Part shown: positions 1 through 8,000 of the stretch, in pieces
Layout: each line of letters opens with the position of its first letter
How positions within the stretch are numbered: position 1 is the first letter of the stretch
From: Candidatus Iainarchaeum sp.
GTDB taxonomy: Archaea; Iainarchaeota; Iainarchaeia; Iainarchaeales; CSSED10-239
Length of the DNA: 32,000 bases
Assembly: GCA_037441475.1 (NCBI GenBank)
Contig: JBBISB010000001.1
Span: 246,418 to 278,417, forward strand
Direction of reading: 5' to 3'
Made by a program: the position numbers and the translations under genes
The notes under the pieces: generated by a model
Seen by the model: only the letters and a program-made list of their open reading frames with translations
Databases searched by the model: none
What the model was told of the DNA's origin: nothing

Positions 1-143
1 TTTTCATCAAAATCAAAGGTTGCTTTTCCTGTTGCAAAGTTTATTTTTGAATCTATTGTAGAATCTATTTTTTTTAAATTATTATTGATATTGTTTACAT
101 ATGAAGAGCAATGTATGCCTGTTATTAAATATTTTTTATTCAT
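1..143 (-). CDS. 5' end of an HMA-domain protein, probably a heavy-metal P-type ATPase (continues beyond window)
   Basis: Reverse translation from ATG at 143: MNKKYLITGIHCSSYVNNINNNLKKIDSTIDSKINFATGKATFDFDE. This has the HMA pattern (ITG-x-x-C ... VNLAT-K-A-V-YD type), but CxxC is degenerate (HCSSY). The start overlaps the upstream stop (ATGAATAA). Confidence 0.45.
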   Translation of the reverse strand, partial: MNKKYLITGIHCSSYVNNINNNLKKIDSTIDSKINFATGKATFDFDE

Positions 144-456
144 ACTTCTTCTCTTGAGCTTTATATGTTTTAAATATATCTAAAGATAGGATTTCTTCTT
201 TATTTGTTTTAGAAGAATCATAAGTTATTAAAAAATTATTAAACAAAGAAAATTTAACCTCATAAAGACCATCAATTGTTTTAAGTTCATCTGTAATTAA
301 CGGTGCGTGCCCTGAACAAGGAATATTAACTGATATTGAGAAAGTTTCTAATGAATCTTTATCACCGTTAGTTATTGGAAGAGCAGAAACATTCGCAAAC
401 AATGGGAAGATAAACAAAAACAAGAAGATGTTTATACCTATGGTTAATCCATACAT
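136..456 (-). CDS. C-terminal fragment of an HMA/membrane protein (TM helix plus HMA-like domain with PCSGHA motif)
   Basis: Listed ORF with a hydrophobic N-terminus. 'FSISVNIPCSGHAPLITDELKTIDGLYEVKFSLFNNFLITYD' looks like a ferredoxin-like HMA fold. The reading frame continues upstream in other frames (see pseudogene 457-955). Confidence 0.5.
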   Translation of the reverse strand: MYGLTIGINIFLFLFIFPLFANVSALPITNGDKDSLETFSISVNIPCSGHAPLITDELKTIDGLYEVKFSLFNNFLITYDSSKTNKEEILSLDIFKTYKAQEKKYE

Positions 457-955
457 AGTTAAAAGATAAGCTTTCTTTTTTTTATTATACCTTTTAAAGA
501 TAAAAGAGAGTTTTGTTTAAGATAGATTACTGATGTAAGTGTTGCAAAGAAAAGAGATATTATTATAAGTATGTAAAAGATGTTTGCATTCATTAAAAAA
601 GGTTTAAAAAAATTAATTAAGACAGTTGAACCTAAGATAGATGCAATAATAAAAAATATACAACCAATATGTGGAATTATACCTAAGAGTATGCCTTTTT
701 TTACAGAGTTATCTTTAATATCTGTTTTATAACCTAACTTGTTTATTTCCTTTTTAATATTTGTTAAAGAAATCTCATTTGATTTAAAGGATATTATTAC
801 CTTATCATCACTTAGAATAGGGCTACCTTAACAATACCTTTCTTTTCTAAAAGAGAATCTTTAATGTTTAAAACACAACTTTTACAAGTAATGCCTTTTA
901 CATCTATTGTAGCCGTGGTTAATTTTTTTTGTTCACATAAAAAGTAACACTGAAA
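457..955 (-). pseudogene. Upstream fragments of the same HMA-membrane gene, split across two further frames
   Basis: Frame A (955->815): ..CEQKKLTTATIDVKGITCKSCVLNIKDSLLEKKGIVKVALF*, an HMA N-half with CxxC and no ATG/GTG/TTG start in frame. Frame B (827 downward): GSPILSDDKVIISFKSNEISLTNIKKEINKLGYKTD (HMA C-half), then TM segments 'GIIPHIGCIFFIIASILG..NANIFYILIIISLFFATL'. It joins the 136-456 frame around the T8 run at 476-483. Confidence 0.45.
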
Positions 956-996
956 CTACTTATATATAATTGTATGAAATTAGTTTCAAGGTTATT

Positions 997-1488
997 TCAG
1001 TGTTTTAAGATAACAACGTTTGTCATTCCACGTCTTTTTCTTTCAATGATATTTTTACCTTCAAGCTTATCAAGAAGCCTTGTAACCTTTACTTTTGAAA
1101 GTTTAGATTTATCAACAAGTTCTGATTGAAAAATGGTTCCTTTTGAGTCAAGAATATGGTTATAGATTAAAGCTTCTTCTTTATCTAAAGAAGCTAGTAT
1201 CTTAGAGGAATCTTTAAACTGTATTTGAGAGGTTTTTGAGATTATATCTTTTTGTTTGTTATTAAACTTATTTGAAAATATTAAATAAAGACCTAAAAGT
1301 AAAACAAAGATCATTATTCCTAAACTTATGCTTGTTTGAAAATTAATAGTACCCCACATAGGACATTCTGGGCCATGAGTACAGGAAGTTGCTACCATCT
1401 TTGTTAAGGCTTTATTAAAGGAATAGATAATGAAACCTATTAAGACAGAAATACCTATTATTAAATAACCTATATTTTTATTATCCAT
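997..1488 (-). CDS. Membrane-anchored winged-helix transcriptional regulator (COG2512-like)
   Basis: Two N-terminal TM helices flank 'CTHGPECPMWG'. The C-terminus 'LIYNHILDSKGTIFQSELVDKSKLSKVKVTRLLDKLEGKNIIERKRRGMTNVV' is a typical MarR/ArsR-like wHTH. Confidence 0.7.
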   Translation of the reverse strand: MDNKNIGYLIIGISVLIGFIIYSFNKALTKMVATSCTHGPECPMWGTINFQTSISLGIMIFVLLLGLYLIFSNKFNNKQKDIISKTSQIQFKDSSKILASLDKEEALIYNHILDSKGTIFQSELVDKSKLSKVKVTRLLDKLEGKNIIERKRRGMTNVVILKH

Positions 1489-1614
1489 GATAAATCATAT
1501 TGATTGAAACTTAATTTAAATTTTGTGTTTTAAAAAAAATATTATGTGATTAAAAATAATAAACAAAGATGGTATTAAATATTATAACTAATAAAAAATT
1601 TGTTTAAAAGAAAA

Positions 1615-1917
1615 CTAAAGATCAATATCTTTTCTAATATCCTCTAAAGATATACTTGACGAAAAGCCTTTCTTTTTAGCCTCATCCATAACCTGCCATA
1701 TAGAAAGATTATTTTCTTTAGAAACCTCTCCTAAAGACTTTTTTCCTTCAGACCATTCTTTTAAAGAAACTTCTAGTTTGTAATCAAGGTAAGAATTCAT
1801 TATAAGCTTTCTTAAAAAAGAAGAAGTATCTAAATGTTCTTTTTCAGCTAAATAAGTTATATCCTTATATACAGAATCTTTTAATCTTAGTGTAGTTGCT
1901 TTAAGCATTTTTATCAC
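1615..1917 (-). CDS. UPF0175/COG2886-like antitoxin (RHH-like N-terminus plus HTH)
   Basis: 'TTLRLKDSVYKDITYLAEKEHLDTSSFLRKLI' is RHH-like. 'LKEWSEGKKSLGEVSKENNLSIWQVMDEAKKKGF' matches the UPF0175 'LYeeGkiSLGkAAELAGms..eF...L...GI' pattern. It overlaps the PIN gene by 17 nt. Confidence 0.65.
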   Translation of the reverse strand: MIKMLKATTLRLKDSVYKDITYLAEKEHLDTSSFLRKLIMNSYLDYKLEVSLKEWSEGKKSLGEVSKENNLSIWQVMDEAKKKGFSSSISLEDIRKDIDL

Positions 1918-2398
1918 CTATTATTAATTTATAAAAGTGAGAGATAATTTCTTGTTTATAAAACCCATCTTTTGAAAGAAAGTTAATTGAAAATAAAATA
2001 TTTTTTTTAGTTATTTTTTTAAGAGTATAAAGTTTATAGATAATTTCTGGAGTTGTCGCATAATTTATATTTTTTAATTTACATATATTTATTGCTTTTT
2101 TATCATCAGTAAATAATAAATCTGCATTTATTTCAAGATATAAAGAAATTGCTTCTCTTTCACCTTTATTTATGTTTAAAGAAATTAATTTTTTTACATC
2201 TTTTACTATTATTTGTTTAGAAAGTATGTAATCATTTATTTTTTTTGCATCTTTATAACCTTCCTTTATACCACTAACAACAGTTTCATTATAAACCTCT
2301 CTTGGAATAACTACATTATTATTTTTTAAAAAGATAGAGAGTATTTTTGATTTTTCAAGTAATATTAAAGAACAACTATCAGAGACAATTAACTTCAT
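1901..2398 (-). CDS. PIN-like nuclease toxin (DUF3368/PIN_3 type)
   Basis: 'MKLIVSDSCSLILL...VVIPREVYNETVV.GIKEGYKDA...NKGEREAISLYLEINADLLFTDDKKA' fits the DUF3368 PIN consensus (VSDtSPLI, IP.aVyeEv, GEAEAI.LA, DD.kAR). The start was moved to the internal ATG at 2398; the listed ORF extends to 2443. Confidence 0.7.
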   Translation of the reverse strand: MKLIVSDSCSLILLEKSKILSIFLKNNNVVIPREVYNETVVSGIKEGYKDAKKINDYILSKQIIVKDVKKLISLNINKGEREAISLYLEINADLLFTDDKKAINICKLKNINYATTPEIIYKLYTLKKITKKNILFSINFLSKDGFYKQEIISHFYKLIIGDKNA

Positions 2399-2489
2399 AA
2401 ATATATAGAGCACCAAAAGATTTATAAGAGAACCTACTAGCACCTATTTTTAAAAATAGTAAAAAAAGAAGAAAATTAAATAAAAAAAG

Positions 2490-5333
2490 TTAAAAAGAGA
2501 AAGAAACTTCTTTCTCTATTAATTTTTGTTTGTTGTCAGAAGATAATGTGTCCAAGATATCAAGAGCTGTATTTGTTGCCTCTTCAATCCTTTGCTTATT
2601 TTCTTCAAGGAAAGACTTAGAGTCACAAGATATCTTTAAGGAAACCTTGTCATTTGGATTTAACTTCATCTTTTTTCTCTCAGACTGTATAAGCCTTGTA
2701 AGCTCAGAAACTTCCCAAACGTTATTGTAGGAAGAATCAATCTCCTCACTTATGAAAATAACTATATCTTTGTCAACCTCTTTTTTAGAAAACTTATAAG
2801 TTGGCTCAGTACTTGAGAAAGTTACTTTTTCAATGTTTGTCATCTCCTCTATAATCTCCTTAAAGATAGAAAAGGAAATAAAGTCTTTTAAGACAACATG
2901 CATCTCAGGTAATATCCACTTAAGTCTTTTCTTCATATCCTCTCTTAAGGAAAGAGCTGTTTTTACAACCTCTTGAGAAATATCAAAGCTTTTTTCAAAA
3001 TCAACATCAATTAATGTTTCATTAACTGAAACATTGTAATAAAGATGTATTGATTCTTTTTCCTTAACAGAAAACTTCTGGTACATGTACTCTGTAAAAT
3101 GAGGAACTATTGGAGAAATTAAAACTAAGCTTGAGGAAAAGATATATGAAAGAACATGATTTTCGTCCTTTCTCTTTCTTAAAAGCTTAACATATATTCT
3201 ACTAAAGTCTTCAAGCAAGAACTTTTCAAAATCATTTACAACCTTTGAATAGTTGGTTGTTGAAAAGTTTGCATAACTATTCTTTAAAAGAGCATTAAAC
3301 CTTGAAAGAATCCATCTATCCTCAAGAAGCATATCTTCTGCATTAACACCTAAAGTAGTTGTAAACAATTGCTTTTCATCATAAAGAGCAATGAAGTTAT
3401 AAAGGTTTTCTAAAAGATTTAAAGTTCTTCTAACCTCTTCAAATTTCTTAGAATCTAAAACAATGTCTTCTCCATTAAACTCTTTTGCAAAATAATATCT
3501 ATAGTAATCAATTGAGGTTTGAGAAAATCTTTCAAGTAAAGGAATATCATTACCCTCTGATTTTGAAAGTTTTCTTTTATCTCCAGCAAGAACCATACCA
3601 TGCATTGAGATTTGTTTAAAAGGTGCTTTATCAAAGGCAATTACAGAAGCTATTATTTGTGAATTCCACCATCCCCTTATCTGGTCAGAACCTTCTAAAT
3701 TTGCATCAGCTGGCCAAAATTTATCAAACAACTCTGTTTTAAAAGGATAACCTAAAGATGCCCATGAAGCTACAGCTGAATCAAACCAAACATCAAAGAC
3801 TTCAGGTATTCTTTTTACCTTTGTTCCACACTCACAGGTTATTTCTATGTTATCGATATATGGCTTATGAATATCCATGTTTAAATTTACTTCAGGAGCT
3901 TTCTTTTTTAAATCTTCTAAAGATTCAAAGACATGAACCTTTTGACAAGAAGTACATTTCCAGATAGGAACTGGTATTCCCCAGTATCTTGCTCTTGAGA
4001 TTGGCCAATCAGAGAGATTTTTAAGCCAGTTTGAGAATCTGTCTTTTCCCCAAATAGGGTACCATGAAATTTCATTTTCATTAAGTTCTAAAAGTCTTGG
4101 TTTTAAATCTTCAACTCTTAAAAACCATTGAGGTAAGGAAACCATTATTAAAGGATTATGACATCTCCAACATGTAGGGTAACTATGTTTTACTTTTCTC
4201 TTAGCTAAGATGCATCCTTTTTCATGAAGATATTTTAAAATATCAATATCAAGTTCTTTAACTTTTTTACCTTTTCCAAAAGAAACTGTATCATCATATT
4301 CTCCTGACATTTTAACTGGAGAAAATACTGGAATATTAAACTCTCTTCCAACTTGATAATCTTCTTTACCATGTCCAGGTGCACAGTGGACTAAACCAGA
4401 ACCATCTTCTAGGTTTACATGTCTTGCAGAAGAGATTATTTTATATGAATTTTTTGTATAGTCTTCTGGAAGAGTTAACCATTCTCCTAAAACAGGAAGA
4501 TATTCTTTTCCTACAAGCTCTTCTCCTAAATATTCTTTTCCTAAAGTATGGTTTTCAAAATTAAATTCTTTAACAAGATTTGAAACTAAATCTTTTGCAA
4601 CAATATATTTTTTATTATTTGAGATAAGCTCAACATATGTGTATTTAGGGTGAACCATGATAGCCATGTTAGCAGGTAAGGTCCATGGGGTTGTTGTCCA
4701 AATAACAAAGAAAAGAGAAGAATCTTCTTTTGACTGGATAGGTACAAATATAGAAACATCTGTTAATTCTTGATATTCAATTTCATTAAAAGAAACTGAA
4801 GTTTCACAATCAGGGCAGATATGGATAGGGTATTTATCATGAAATAAAAGCCCTTTATCAACTGATTTTTTAAAAGTCCACCAAGCAGATTGCATATAGC
4901 TTTGATCTAAGGTTCTATAAGGATGTTTCCAATCCATCCATTGTCCTAAGTTATAAATATCTGTAGACATTTCAGAGATATGTTTAGTTGCAAAATCATA
5001 ACATTCTTTTGAAAATTTTTCAATACCAAAAGCTTCAATATCTTCTTTTGATTTTAAATCATATTTCTTTTGAACCTTTCTTTCTATTGGTACACCATGA
5101 GTATCAAAACCTGGTATATCTAAGACTTTAAAGCCTTCTTGTCTTTTATACCTATAAAGGATATCTTTTAAGATCCTGTTCATTGCTGTTCCTAGATGTA
5201 TATACCCTGTTGCATATGGAGGGCCATCTATAAAGTAATAATGTTTATCAGACTCTCTTTCTCTAACCTTTTTTGGAATATTGTTGTTTTCCCAAAACTC
5301 TTTTATTTCTTTTTCATTTTGATTTGAAAACAT
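2490..5333 (-). CDS. ileS: Isoleucyl-tRNA synthetase
   Basis: Class I HIGH region 'PPYATGYIHLGTAMNRILKD', IleRS-specific 'WTTTPWTLPAN', 'PTCWRCHNPL', and KMSKS as 'KLSKSEGN'. An SD-like AGGTAGG lies upstream of the ATG. Confidence 0.95.
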   Translation of the reverse strand: MFSNQNEKEIKEFWENNNIPKKVRERESDKHYYFIDGPPYATGYIHLGTAMNRILKDILYRYKRQEGFKVLDIPGFDTHGVPIERKVQKKYDLKSKEDIEAFGIEKFSKECYDFATKHISEMSTDIYNLGQWMDWKHPYRTLDQSYMQSAWWTFKKSVDKGLLFHDKYPIHICPDCETSVSFNEIEYQELTDVSIFVPIQSKEDSSLFFVIWTTTPWTLPANMAIMVHPKYTYVELISNNKKYIVAKDLVSNLVKEFNFENHTLGKEYLGEELVGKEYLPVLGEWLTLPEDYTKNSYKIISSARHVNLEDGSGLVHCAPGHGKEDYQVGREFNIPVFSPVKMSGEYDDTVSFGKGKKVKELDIDILKYLHEKGCILAKRKVKHSYPTCWRCHNPLIMVSLPQWFLRVEDLKPRLLELNENEISWYPIWGKDRFSNWLKNLSDWPISRARYWGIPVPIWKCTSCQKVHVFESLEDLKKKAPEVNLNMDIHKPYIDNIEITCECGTKVKRIPEVFDVWFDSAVASWASLGYPFKTELFDKFWPADANLEGSDQIRGWWNSQIIASVIAFDKAPFKQISMHGMVLAGDKRKLSKSEGNDIPLLERFSQTSIDYYRYYFAKEFNGEDIVLDSKKFEEVRRTLNLLENLYNFIALYDEKQLFTTTLGVNAEDMLLEDRWILSRFNALLKNSYANFSTTNYSKVVNDFEKFLLEDFSRIYVKLLRKRKDENHVLSYIFSSSLVLISPIVPHFTEYMYQKFSVKEKESIHLYYNVSVNETLIDVDFEKSFDISQEVVKTALSLREDMKKRLKWILPEMHVVLKDFISFSIFKEIIEEMTNIEKVTFSSTEPTYKFSKKEVDKDIVIFISEEIDSSYNNVWEVSELTRLIQSERKKMKLNPNDKVSLKISCDSKSFLEENKQRIEEATNTALDILDTLSSDNKQKLIEKEVSFSF

Positions 5334-5369
5334 ATTTTTCGCCTACCTACCTTTAAAGCTTAAGATTTT

Positions 5370-5410
5370 GGCAAAAGATTAAAATTAGAAAATGGTTAAT
5401 CTTTTTTGCC
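5370..5410 (-). promoter_or_regulatory. Imperfect palindrome between a TATA-like box and the ileS start (candidate operator or hairpin)
   Basis: ggcaaaagattaa (5370-5382) is complementary to ttaatcttttttgcc (5396-5410) with a 2-nt bulge and a 13-nt spacer. A TATA-like 'ttatatattaatg' on the minus strand lies immediately upstream. Confidence 0.25.
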
Positions 5411-5545
5411 CATTAATATATAATAATACTTATGATTATAGAAATTAAGTTATTTTTAGAAAAACTTAAAGTATTATCTGAGACCATAAATATCTTATAG
5501 ATACAAAATATTTATAAAGGTATAATATTTATTATTTAAAGAATA

Positions 5546-6247
5546 TTAATACTCACAACCTTGCCAATAAAGGCTTTCTATTAAGCTACTTATATCGTAG
5601 TTTAATTGAGAATCTATTTTTATAATTAAAATTTGTATATCACAACTATCTTCAACTTGCCCACCAAAAGAAAAGGTTATTCCTCCAAGAAGGAAACCAC
5701 CTTCTGTTGATGGGGTTACTGCCCATAAACTATCTAACCTTTTACCACCAATTATTTTTTCTTTTAATAGATTCCCATTTAAGTCTGTTTTTGCAACATA
5801 AAAATTAGAATAATCATACTCATCATCATACAGATTTCCTTGTCCTCTGCCAAAAATATAATAACCATCAGAAATTCCAAATATTTGGATAGTAGTATCA
5901 TAATTTGAACCAACAAAGGTTTTGTTCCAATCAAGGTTTCCTGAAAAGTCTGTTTTTAAAAGATAAATAATATCCTCTCCGAAAGAATATGTTTGCCCTA
6001 AAACCAAATAACCACCATCAGAGGTTTGCAAAATACTGTTTGGAATTTCTAAAGAGTCCCAGCTTGAGCCACCAAAGGAGTGTGCAAAAAGAGCAGGGGT
6101 TTTTCCAGTAACAATGTTTTTTAAAGGGATATAATAACCATCAGAAGTATATAACTCCATATCAAATTTTCTTTCAACAGGTATTGGAATTGACATTTTT
6201 TGTAATTGATTTCTTTTTATGATTACTGGTGTTTGTAAAGTTTTCAT
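5546..6247 (-). CDS. Beta-propeller-like repeat protein (T/S-DGGY repeats), function unknown
   Basis: Repeated units: 'TSDGYYIPL', 'TSDGGYLVLGQTYSFGEDIIYLLKTDFSGNLDWNKTF', 'ISDGYYIFGRGQG..YVAKTDLNGNLL', 'STEGGFLLGGITFSFGG'. They resemble the 'SDGGYilaG.T.S.G....D.wliKtD..Gn..W' repeat of archaeal surface proteins. The gene starts 5 nt downstream of the pilin gene. Confidence 0.6.
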   Translation of the reverse strand: MKTLQTPVIIKRNQLQKMSIPIPVERKFDMELYTSDGYYIPLKNIVTGKTPALFAHSFGGSSWDSLEIPNSILQTSDGGYLVLGQTYSFGEDIIYLLKTDFSGNLDWNKTFVGSNYDTTIQIFGISDGYYIFGRGQGNLYDDEYDYSNFYVAKTDLNGNLLKEKIIGGKRLDSLWAVTPSTEGGFLLGGITFSFGGQVEDSCDIQILIIKIDSQLNYDISSLIESLYWQGCEY

Positions 6248-6252
6248 ATTGT

Positions 6253-6555
6253 TTAGTAAAGGTGATTGCTTTCTGAAAATATTTTATAACCAATAATTTC
6301 TATATCTTTATCATAAGTGCTTATATTTTTAAAAACTAAAGAACCATTATTAAAACTATCAAAGGAAAGTAAAATGGTTTTATCTGCTTCTTTATGAATA
6401 GTAGTTGTTTGGTCTAAAGAAAATGTAGTAAAGCCTTTTCCCCAGGAAACTATTATACCTATTATTGCAACTGCAACAACTATTAAAAGAATAGTTGCTA
6501 TTAATGGAGAAATACCTTTCTGGTTTTTTATTTTTAAAAAAATCTTTTTTATCAT
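6253..6555 (-). CDS. Archaeal type IV pilin-like protein (class III signal peptide, Pilin_N/DUF1628 type)
   Basis: 'KNQKG|ISPLIATILLIVVAVAIIGIIVSW' has the canonical prepilin-peptidase site followed by a hydrophobic helix. Confidence 0.8.
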   Translation of the reverse strand: MIKKIFLKIKNQKGISPLIATILLIVVAVAIIGIIVSWGKGFTTFSLDQTTTIHKEADKTILLSFDSFNNGSLVFKNISTYDKDIEIIGYKIFSESNHLY

Positions 6556-6660
6556 AAATGAAATTAACCTCTATAATTGTTTTTTATAAATAGCTATAAA
6601 GTAAATAAAAAAGAAAGCACAAAAACCTTTTAAAAATATTTAATTTAAATATACAATAAT

Positions 6661-7761
6661 TTACTCATTTTCTTCCTTAAATTTTTCTCCTGAAGCAAGC
6701 TCTTTTAATTTATTTCTCTCAGTAAAGAAGAACATAAAGGTAGTGGTTATGTTTGTTAAAAAGATAACTAAAAAGGTAATTGGTAAAAGAATTAAGGTAT
6801 ATTTATTTACAATACCCATAGCTAGAGGATAAGTTGCAAGAACAGCAGCTGCAAGTCCCCTTGCATGAATAGAAAGAATATACTTTGTATCTTGCTTAAT
6901 TGTATGGTCGTTTGAAAAGATGTATATAGAGATATATCTAGAAGCAATGATTATTGAAATTAAAAAGACTACAATTAAGATAACATTAAAATTAACTGAA
7001 GAAAGATCTAAAATAATACCAAGATAAATGAAAAAAAAGGCCTTTATAAAAAGACTAATCTCAGCTTGAAACCTAAAAACTTCATTTAAGCTAACAACAT
7101 TATCTAAGCTTAATGTCTTCATTTTAAATATTTTTAAAATTTCATTAGAGTTTCCTAAAACCAAACCAAAGATTAAAACACCAAAAGCACCATTTCCTTT
7201 TAAAAAATCAATAAGAACATACATTATAAATAAAAAGGATAAAGTAAGAAGATAAGAAAACTGTCTTGTAACATTAAAATCTCTTAAAATTTTTGTCCAA
7301 AAAATACCTGCAACCACACCAATCACAGTTGCTATGGCAAAAGCAGAGATTATGTTTTGTGTAACAAACTGAATACTTGATTTTTGAGTAACTATTATCT
7401 CCAAGATAGTTATAAAAACAATAATACAAAGAACATCTGTTATTGCAGACTCTAAAGTAACTAAAGTCTTTGTTTCTTCCTTAGATTTAGAGGCCATTAC
7501 AAGAGGAATAACTACAGCTGAACTAATACCACCAATTGCTGTTCCAATCAATAAACCATATAAAACAGGCATTGAAAAAACATAATGTAAGATAACTGCT
7601 GAAAAAAGAACAGTAAAAAAGAAAACAATGATTGTAAACATTGTAGCTTTTCCAATCTCTCTTAAGACCTTATAAAAATTAAGATGTAGTCCGCCTTCAA
7701 AAAGAAGAAGCATTAAAGCTAAGGACCCAAAGAAAGAAGACATGCTTTTTAAAAGAACCAC
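6661..7761 (-). CDS. Cation/proton antiporter (NhaP/CPA family), N-terminally cut off by an in-frame TAA
   Basis: Polytopic membrane protein with 'LLLFEGGLHLNF'. The same frame continues upstream to an ATG at 7923 (MVEANILFLVFSFIFLIAFFGNLFF*KTRFSDITILLIIGFLIS...), interrupted only by TAA at 7846-7848. Confidence 0.8.
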   Translation of the reverse strand: MVLLKSMSSFFGSLALMLLLFEGGLHLNFYKVLREIGKATMFTIIVFFFTVLFSAVILHYVFSMPVLYGLLIGTAIGGISSAVVIPLVMASKSKEETKTLVTLESAITDVLCIIVFITILEIIVTQKSSIQFVTQNIISAFAIATVIGVVAGIFWTKILRDFNVTRQFSYLLTLSFLFIMYVLIDFLKGNGAFGVLIFGLVLGNSNEILKIFKMKTLSLDNVVSLNEVFRFQAEISLFIKAFFFIYLGIILDLSSVNFNVILIVVFLISIIIASRYISIYIFSNDHTIKQDTKYILSIHARGLAAAVLATYPLAMGIVNKYTLILLPITFLVIFLTNITTTFMFFFTERNKLKELASGEKFKEENE

Positions 7762-8000
7762 TTGTTCTGCTGTTATAAAGTTAAAAACAGAACTTATAAG
7801 AAAACCAATTATTAAAAGAATAGTAATATCTGAAAATCTAGTTTTTTAAAAAAAAAGATTACCAAAGAAGGCTATTAAGAAAATAAATGAAAAAACTAAA
7901 AATAAAATATTTGCTTCTACCATAAATCAATCACATATAAATATTATATATCTTAAACAAACAGATTTAAATAGATTTCTAAATCTTTTAAAAAATTAAT

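Noticed and set aside
2530-4564. Four 61-69-aa ORFs inside ileS (2530-2730, 3455-3640, 3758-3967, 4379-4564)
   Set aside because: All are nested within the IleRS coding region, either antisense or in an alternative frame. They have no independent support.
5334-5545. T-box or other riboswitch upstream of ileS
   Set aside because: T-boxes are bacterial elements. No specifier-loop or T-box consensus is visible, only the simple palindrome reported separately.
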